This document shows, one piece after another, positions 28,855-35,463 of a stretch of 35,463 bases of DNA (position 1 is the stretch's first letter; the number at the start of each line of letters is the position of its first letter). The notes under the pieces were generated by a model. It did no database searches. It had not been told where the DNA came from and saw only the letters and a program-made list of their open reading frames with translations. The translations under genes and the position numbers were made by a program. Source of the DNA: Stramenopiles sp. TOSAG23-6 (Eukaryota); NCBI GenBank assembly GCA_900128565.1, contig LT635944.1:1-35463 (forward strand). The letters are read 5' to 3'.

Positions 28855-31800
28855 ATGCCGATCCTGTTGCAATCGACTGGCAATAGATCCGTATTGCCAT
28901 CGATTGCTAAACCACAGAATAAAACAGAAATTACTCGGAGAAAACGTGATGTCGGCAAACTTCCGATTATTCCAATTAGTGGCACTTCTGATACCTCAAA
29001 TTCGTCTTCAAAGAGTAAAATAGTTTACAATCGTCGCACTGCTGCTAATTATCATCATCACAAAAAGCTCATAAAAAGACAATACCAAATACTAGAAAAA
29101 ATGGTGAGACAGCACCAGCGAGATGAAATGACACGCCAAGTTGAAATGTCAGCTTGTAATAGTACTGCCCAACAAACTGTCCTTCGAATTCGTTTTGAAT
29201 CTGAACGTCAGAGTGAAAAAAGTGAAATTCGGCGTTTATTGAAGCATTTGAAAAGAGCTAAATCTCAATTAATCGATAAAACTGCTTATATTGATTCCGC
29301 GGTAAAAGAGACAAGTATAAAAAAGAAAATTAATATAGAAAAAAAAACAAAGAAAAATAGAGCAAAATCAAAATCAAAGTTACTAGTAGAAAATACATCT
29401 AATAGAGATGCAGATGATGTTAGTACTGAAGCAGCCATTGCAGCTATGGAAATGTCTGTTCGGCGGTTGGCAATAGAGCGCGCTTCTGTCGATGATAGCA
29501 TTAGCGGAGATAAGGACAAGTTTCTTGATAAAATGTTAGAGGACTATTTAAAAGAATATAATGATGCAATTCCAAGTAGATTAAATGTACTTTATTTGTT
29601 TATAAAAAAGAGAACACCAGACATAAAGATATCATTTAAAGATATTGAAGAAACAATCACTCGTTATAGTTCAAAGCAAGAAAATGCCACTCGCGCTCAT
29701 CAATTTAAATACCCTAGAATAGTAAAACAAAACAAAATTGAATCAAGTTTGAAAAAATCTTCACACAAAACAATAGAACGGAAGGAAAGTATAAATAAGA
29801 TGAAATACAAAGTAACACAAGCTCGAAAAGAAAAGTATTCTAGCAGTGATGAGACCGATGATGGTGGGTACTATGATGACTTTGCAGTATCTACTAGAAA
29901 AGAAGATAGTGATGACTGGAATAGAACTACCGGGGGCATTACTCACCAAAATCGTAATTCGTTAGGTACAAAGTTTGGTACGGATTCAAATTCGAATTTG
30001 CCAAGTGTTGCCCCACTGAATAGAAATATAGAGCAAAGTAAACATAAAAATCGAGGAAGAAACAATGATTCAGGTAAAAATGCTAAAATAACATTAGCGA
30101 AAAACACAAAGCGTGGTGTAGCACAGAGAGGTAAACAAAATAGAAAACAAAGACAATCAAGAGATCTAAGGCGGGTAAAACGCCGAGAAAGGAAAACACA
30201 ACAATATATGTCAAATCCATATGGCACCAAGAAGAAAAAAAAATACCAGAGTTTTAACATGAAAAAAACAATTCGTTCTCAATTTCGGGCACAAATAAAT
30301 GAGATGTGGTTTCGGATACCTAAAGCACAACGTACTTTGTGGAATAATAATTGGAGACGTGAAAAAAAGATGATCAGAGTTTACCATACAGCTGCATATG
30401 CAATTTCAAAAGCCAGGGCAAATGCCGCGAACATGACAGAGGATGATAAAGAGGAGATGATTCGAAGAATAGACAACTTACTTATCGAGGCAGAGTCTGG
30501 ATCGATTAAACCTGATAATTTCAATGAAAATGACGCGAAAGTCAAAATAGATGATGTATGGTCTGGAGAAACCAACGAAGGAACCAAAACTGCCTTTGAA
30601 GACCAAGATATAAACACAAAACAGGAAAGTATTTCTCAGGAAGATTTCATTGAAAGGGAGACTCTTATAAAGCTTGAGAAACTAAAAGATGCTTTTGAAT
30701 CTGAAGCACTCACAGAAGAACAATTCTTCCAGTTTAAAGAAAGTGTAGTTGAAGCGTCAGAAAAGGCCAAAGCAACTCTCGCGGCAAATTTAGAAGCTCG
30801 GAAACTTGAATTAGAAATGGCGGAGAAAGTTCGAATTGCTGAATTAGAGATGGCCGAAGATATAAAAAAAACAAAGGTGAAGCTAAATAAATTAAGACAA
30901 GCACATAAAGTGGGGGCTTTGACGCGTTCACAATATAATGATTTAAAAAATGGAATTGAAACAAATACTGGTATTCACTTGATGAGTGATTCCGAAGCTA
31001 ATATCGACTCAAATCGTCAATCTCATTACGTTTCACTTAAGGCTTCAAATATATCTCAAGTAGATGGAAGTAATCAAAGTAGTTACAAAAACGCCCCCCC
31101 TCCAGACACTAGCACAATTGATCAAGGAGAAAGTCATCTATCTAATACAAAATCTCCAACCAATGCTATTTCAAAAGAGGAAACACTTAAGTTACAAAAG
31201 CTAGAAATGTTGAAAATCAACGAACGAGCAAAACAACATTTATCCCGCCTGAGAAAGTTTGTTTTCAGAAAGCAAATTAGACCAGGTACTTTATTCCGAT
31301 ATATGCAGTCAAGTTTCTCTGCGGTTAGTATACATATTTCATTTATAGGATTTCTTCGAGGATTGGAAAGAATTGCTTTCCGGAATTTATCAAAGAATGA
31401 TGCAACGCATGTTTTTAGATTGATATCAAAAGGGCGCGCACAGTTCAGTATACGGGATCTTCTCAGAGCACTCGCTGCCCGTGACGGAGAAGAAGGATAT
31501 GATAGGAAGGAACTAGAAAAAACAACAAAATGGGAACAAAAATACAGCATGAGTAGTGCTGATATTGCACGTGAAAAAAAACAAGCAGTTTTAGACACAA
31601 TGAGACTCAAAATAGAGCTCAAAAGACTGAAAATTCGAATCGAGGTTTTTTTTGAACAAATGGACAAGAATATGAGTGGGAACATTAGTTTTATGGAGTT
31701 TGTCCGCGGGATGGAAAGTGTAAATATATCGTTATCTAGGCGTGCTGCTCGACAAGTCTTCAAAATTCTAAGTCCTGATGGTGTTTGTACCCTACAAAAC

Positions 31801-32595
31801 TTATCCGTTGGACTCAAAATGCCGATTGGGAAAGATGTTTTCCAAGGCAGCAGAAAAGTAAAGCTGTTTAGTGCGGCAAAACCTGTAAAAAGTAAAGATC
31901 AATTGATCACCGAAGCGAATACAATTTTTCATGATATTCGTAAACACTTAATAAGGAAAGCCATACGCCTAGAATCATTTTTTGAACTCTTGGATGAACA
32001 TGGTAAGGGTTTTGTGACATTCACAGGATTTAGCACATCACTTGATCAACTTAATTTCGTACGAAAAAAGAGGTCAAATTTAATTGATATCGAACTCTTC
32101 AAGCTATTTGGAGCAAATGAAAGCGGAATATTAAAAATTCCAGCATTCTCTGGAGCATTGAAACTACCCGAAACTCACAAAGATGAATCAAGCCTTCGTT
32201 CAAACATATCACAGTTTTCATTTACAAGCAACATCGAAGTCAATGAAGAGATATCTGAAGCAAAGCAAAATTTGGAAGATTTATTACTAATGCTGCAAAA
32301 AAAAAAGATGAGACTGGAAACATTTTTTTATGAATGTGATGTTGATCACAGTGGTTCTATCAATGTGATGGAATTTCTAAAAGGCATGAACTCATATGCT
32401 GAAATGTATTTAAACAAACGAAAGGCCATGACTATGTTTAAGCTGATTTCTCCAAAAACTTCATTTTCTAGGGAGGAACTTCTCAAGTATTATGGAAATA
32501 AATACAGTGTAGAAATTCATGATGTTAATGCTCATGATAGTGACTACAGCTCTGATTATTCAGATCAACCGCAAGAAGATCCTCAAGCCTTTTGA
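28855..32595 (+). CDS. 1246-aa protein with coiled/basic N-half, two SHOCT-like motifs and repeated C-terminal EF-hand modules
   Basis: EF-loop-like DKNMSGNISFMEF, DEHGKGFVTFTGF and DVDHSGSINVMEF. SHOCT-like KLEKLKDAFESEALTEEQF..FK and KLNKLRQAHKVGALTRSQY..LK. Confidence 0.82.
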   Translation: MPILLQSTGNRSVLPSIAKPQNKTEITRRKRDVGKLPIIPISGTSDTSNSSSKSKIVYNRRTAANYHHHKKLIKRQYQILEKMVRQHQRDEMTRQVEMSACNSTAQQTVLRIRFESERQSEKSEIRRLLKHLKRAKSQLIDKTAYIDSAVKETSIKKKINIEKKTKKNRAKSKSKLLVENTSNRDADDVSTEAAIAAMEMSVRRLAIERASVDDSISGDKDKFLDKMLEDYLKEYNDAIPSRLNVLYLFIKKRTPDIKISFKDIEETITRYSSKQENATRAHQFKYPRIVKQNKIESSLKKSSHKTIERKESINKMKYKVTQARKEKYSSSDETDDGGYYDDFAVSTRKEDSDDWNRTTGGITHQNRNSLGTKFGTDSNSNLPSVAPLNRNIEQSKHKNRGRNNDSGKNAKITLAKNTKRGVAQRGKQNRKQRQSRDLRRVKRRERKTQQYMSNPYGTKKKKKYQSFNMKKTIRSQFRAQINEMWFRIPKAQRTLWNNNWRREKKMIRVYHTAAYAISKARANAANMTEDDKEEMIRRIDNLLIEAESGSIKPDNFNENDAKVKIDDVWSGETNEGTKTAFEDQDINTKQESISQEDFIERETLIKLEKLKDAFESEALTEEQFFQFKESVVEASEKAKATLAANLEARKLELEMAEKVRIAELEMAEDIKKTKVKLNKLRQAHKVGALTRSQYNDLKNGIETNTGIHLMSDSEANIDSNRQSHYVSLKASNISQVDGSNQSSYKNAPPPDTSTIDQGESHLSNTKSPTNAISKEETLKLQKLEMLKINERAKQHLSRLRKFVFRKQIRPGTLFRYMQSSFSAVSIHISFIGFLRGLERIAFRNLSKNDATHVFRLISKGRAQFSIRDLLRALAARDGEEGYDRKELEKTTKWEQKYSMSSADIAREKKQAVLDTMRLKIELKRLKIRIEVFFEQMDKNMSGNISFMEFVRGMESVNISLSRRAARQVFKILSPDGVCTLQNLSVGLKMPIGKDVFQGSRKVKLFSAAKPVKSKDQLITEANTIFHDIRKHLIRKAIRLESFFELLDEHGKGFVTFTGFSTSLDQLNFVRKKRSNLIDIELFKLFGANESGILKIPAFSGALKLPETHKDESSLRSNISQFSFTSNIEVNEEISEAKQNLEDLLLMLQKKKMRLETFFYECDVDHSGSINVMEFLKGMNSYAEMYLNKRKAMTMFKLISPKTSFSREELLKYYGNKYSVEIHDVNAHDSDYSSDYSDQPQEDPQAF

Positions 32596-32703
32596 TTTTT
32601 AAAGATAAAAATGAATATATTTTCGAAAAGATTTTAGAATTGTTTCATCATTAGTTTATAGATTAACGGTTATTTAAATTTAAAGCTACTATTGCTTAGT
32701 CTT

Positions 32704-35463
32704 CTACCTATTTAGCTTGTTTAGCCATTTACGAACAAATTTACTTGTTGTAGAGGATTTTTTTGTTGTTTTAGATTGACCATTTGATAAGTTTTTAGCT
32801 ACCTCTTTCACAGACAATCGTTTTTTAGTTTTGTCTTCTATTTTTTGTGGAGGACCCGGGGGATCTTTTTGCGTGCCTTTGGGTGTAACTTTTCCTTTTG
32901 ATTTTGTAGGAGTTTTCAAAACATCTTTTGATACCTCTTTCACTTTTGGGGGAGGTGGAGCTGTTCGCGTGCCTTTGGGTGTAACTTTTCCTTTTGATTT
33001 TGTAGGAGTTTTCAAAACATCTTTTGATACCTCTTTCACTTTTGGGGGAGGTGGAGCTGTTCGCGTGCCTTTGGGTGTAACTTTTCCTTTTGATTTTGTA
33101 GGAGTTTTCAAAACATCTTTTGATACCTCTTTCACTTTTGGGGGAGGTGGAGCTGTTCGCGTGCCTTTGGGTGTAACTTTTCCTTTTGATTTTGTAGGAG
33201 TTTTCAAAACATCTTTTGATACCTCTTTCACTTTTGGGGGAGGTGGAGCTGTTCGCGTGCCTTTGGGTGTAACTTTTCCTTTTGATTTTGTAGGAGTTTT
33301 CAAAACATCTTTTGATACCTCTTTCACTTTTGGGGGAGGTGGAGCTGTTCGTGTACCTTTTTTTTTGTTTCCTTTTGGTTTTGTAGTAGTTTTCAAAACA
33401 CCTTTTGATACATCTTTCACTTTTGGTGGAGGTGGAGCTGTTCGCGCGCCTTTAATTATTGGAAGTTTTGCTCCAAATTTCGCGTGTTTTTTCTTTTCTT
33501 TCTTCAACTTTGTTCCACTTTCGCATGGTATCACCTGGTTGTTTTTAACGCTTTGAATATTTTTATTGTAACCTTTAAAATCTAGGTTTTTCCTTTTTGG
33601 AAATAGCAATTTTCGGATCTTTTCCCATGTAAGATATTTTCCTCTATTTTTTGATGACCCAACAGAGATAAATAAACGCCTGCATTCGCTTTGGGTCACC
33701 ATTGTACCAGCCATCTGCAATCCTTTTGATAATTCAGGAAAAGAGACCCGTACTTTTCTATGACACATGGTATGTAACTGAGATTCCCTTACATTTGCAT
33801 CTTTGAGCTTTTGGCGTATCGATTTGAGTAACATAGTTCTTCTTTCACTTGCAGAAAGTTTTGCACTGATGTCAATTGCTGAGGCCGCAGGAATTTTATG
33901 TCCATCTATAGTCCATACCATTTTTTTATGTGGTATTGTGGGAAGCTTAACTTTGTGAGAATCAATATTTTTGCTGAACTCATCCGCAGATTTCTTCTGT
34001 TTTATCTTAGGATGTGTCGTTGACATTAGATTTTCCATCATTTCAGTGTAGGAGATACGATTAAGGAAGTGAATATCAAAGGTACTAAAAAGTTGCCGAA
34101 TTACTTTTCGTGTCGGTTTTACAGTTTTCAAGTCAATACTACGGATTCCTCTTGAAAACTCAGCAAAAGAAATGTATTCATTTTTATCCTTATTAATCAT
34201 CGGAAATAGCTGTTTTGAAGTGAGACTTATACTATACAGTTCTGATCGAAGTTTTTCCATCTGCAATTTATTATTGACGAGGTTATATCGATCTGCTCGC
34301 CCAAGGGTTCTCTGCTGTCTTAGCTGAAGACTCATTGGATTCTGAAAAGCTTTTCGACGGTATTTGCTTAGTTTTCTGTTATTATTACGCGTTATATTTC
34401 TCTGATTCTTTTTCTTCGTGCCCTTATGACTAGCATTGCTTTTATTATGTTTCATTCGAGAACTATTTAGTTCTAGTTCCATAGTATGTGATTTTATTAA
34501 ATCTATAGGTGAATTTATGCGACCACCTCTCATATCAACGAGAAATTCGTGCCAATGTATACTACCACTACTATCTGGACACATCCCTAATATAATATCA
34601 TTTATTTCATCCTCCATTATATTATCCTGAAAAATTTCAGGAATTGCTTCTCTCATTCGCAATTCTGGAATGTAGCCACTGTCAGAATCATCTAAATGAA
34701 GAAAGAAATCTGAAGAATTTTCAAGTCTTCGATTCCCAAACATTGCACCGCATTTGGTTTCAGCTTCAATTGCTTGTAAAAAAGAGTGGCGTGCCTTGTG
34801 TATTTTTGGGTCCGCGATTTTTTCAAATTCTATCCAAGTCACGAAGTCTCTCTGGTTCTTTGTAATATCACTGATACTAAAACCTTTATTTAGCAAAGAC
34901 TCAAGTCGTTGTGAATTTCGAGTATTTGCAATAAATTCGTGCCATACTATATTACCCCTTTCATCTAGAGGGAAATCATTGTACATAAATTGATTTATAT
35001 TTTCTAATTCATTATGGTTGTTGAATCGCCGAAGTGCTTTCCGAAGAGCTCGTTGAGTAACCCATCCCAAATCAAGCGGATCTAGTGCAAGAAAAATATC
35101 TGATAGAGTCATAAGAGGTCTACCATACAATTTGTCAGGAGGATCAGCATTTATTACTTTACTGTCGATTGCGTGTACTGATGATATTGCTAAAATCTGC
35201 ATTTGCGAAGCATTCCTCTTACCAGGAGAGTGTTTACTAATATATCTCCTTTGATAGGGTTTTGGACTACTGCTAAGTAATGTATGACGCCCTCTGGGAC
35301 TTTTTGAGTTACGACGACGTGGACTGGNCCTTCGTGATGATTGGCCTGGACTACGACTGAGTGATTTATGACTCCCTCTGGGACTTTTTGAGTTACGACG
35401 ACGTGGACTGGTCCTTCGTGATGATTGGCCTGGACTACGACTGAGTGATTTATGACTCCCTCT
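32704..35463 (-). CDS. EF-hand-containing protein with Arg/Ser/Pro-rich N-terminal repeats and Pro/Lys-rich C-terminal repeats; 5'-truncated by the window
   Basis: The frame stays open upstream of the tracked Met (35202) to the window edge (...RGSHKSLSRSPGQSSRRTSPRRRNSKSP...). EF-like loops: DDSDSGYI, NKDKNEYISFAEF, DSSGSIHWHEF, DERGNIVWHEF. Confidence 0.82.
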   Translation of the reverse strand, partial: RGSHKSLSRSPGQSSRRTSPRRRNSKSPRGSHKSLSRSPGQSSRRXSPRRRNSKSPRGRHTLLSSSPKPYQRRYISKHSPGKRNASQMQILAISSVHAIDSKVINADPPDKLYGRPLMTLSDIFLALDPLDLGWVTQRALRKALRRFNNHNELENINQFMYNDFPLDERGNIVWHEFIANTRNSQRLESLLNKGFSISDITKNQRDFVTWIEFEKIADPKIHKARHSFLQAIEAETKCGAMFGNRRLENSSDFFLHLDDSDSGYIPELRMREAIPEIFQDNIMEDEINDIILGMCPDSSGSIHWHEFLVDMRGGRINSPIDLIKSHTMELELNSSRMKHNKSNASHKGTKKKNQRNITRNNNRKLSKYRRKAFQNPMSLQLRQQRTLGRADRYNLVNNKLQMEKLRSELYSISLTSKQLFPMINKDKNEYISFAEFSRGIRSIDLKTVKPTRKVIRQLFSTFDIHFLNRISYTEMMENLMSTTHPKIKQKKSADEFSKNIDSHKVKLPTIPHKKMVWTIDGHKIPAASAIDISAKLSASERRTMLLKSIRQKLKDANVRESQLHTMCHRKVRVSFPELSKGLQMAGTMVTQSECRRLFISVGSSKNRGKYLTWEKIRKLLFPKRKNLDFKGYNKNIQSVKNNQVIPCESGTKLKKEKKKHAKFGAKLPIIKGARTAPPPPKVKDVSKGVLKTTTKPKGNKKKGTRTAPPPPKVKEVSKDVLKTPTKSKGKVTPKGTRTAPPPPKVKEVSKDVLKTPTKSKGKVTPKGTRTAPPPPKVKEVSKDVLKTPTKSKGKVTPKGTRTAPPPPKVKEVSKDVLKTPTKSKGKVTPKGTRTAPPPPKVKEVSKDVLKTPTKSKGKVTPKGTQKDPPGPPQKIEDKTKKRLSVKEVAKNLSNGQSKTTKKSSTTSKFVRKWLNKLNR
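32871..33452 (-). repeat. 96-bp coding tandem repeat, 5 near-identical copies plus 1 diverged copy (GTRTAPPPPKVKEVSKDVLKTPTKSKGKVTPK)
   Basis: gcgtgcctttgggtgtaact... recurs at 32871, 32967, 33063 etc. It is visible in the ORF translation. Confidence 0.95.
35290..35463 (-). repeat. 84-bp coding tandem repeat (28 aa), at least 2 copies, running off the window
   Basis: ccctctgggactttttgagttacgacgacg... starts at 35290 and 35374, with a third copy beginning at 35458. Confidence 0.93.

Noticed and set aside
32831-33556. 241-aa plus-strand repeat ORF, or a CRISPR-like array
   Set aside because: It is the antisense of the 96-bp coding repeat. The units are contiguous with no unique spacers.
35200-35202. 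Met at 35202 as the start of the last gene
   Set aside because: The frame remains open through in-frame 84-bp repeats to the window edge, so the true start probably lies outside.

Overview
AT-rich, gene-dense eukaryotic (protist-like) DNA. The left 19.8 kb is one uninterrupted minus-strand ORF that the ORF track misses because it has no stop inside the window (ATG at 19775, open to the left edge, at least 6591 codons). The many Pro-rich plus-strand ORFs over it are its antisense shadow. It encodes a giant predicted secreted protein: signal peptide, two 8-Cys PSI-like domains, about 4900 aa of Gly/Ser/Thr-rich ~15-aa repeats, an internal peptidase S74/MYRF-type intramolecular-chaperone autocleavage domain (QP|SDKRIK), then more than 1300 aa of further repeats. 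The right half holds an LMBR1-family membrane protein, a PuuE-type allantoinase, a NIT2-type omega-amidase, a small Cys-rich ORF, a large basic low-complexity protein and two convergent EF-hand proteins. All three introns inferred in coding sequence belong to one sequence family (GTATGTTT...CTAAC...CCAAAATAC flanked by a 2-bp direct repeat). They restore the protein only with non-AG 3' ends (GT-AT, GT-AT, GT-TT), which looks like an introner-type mobile intron family with non-canonical splicing. All family calls come from motif recognition by eye; no searches were run.
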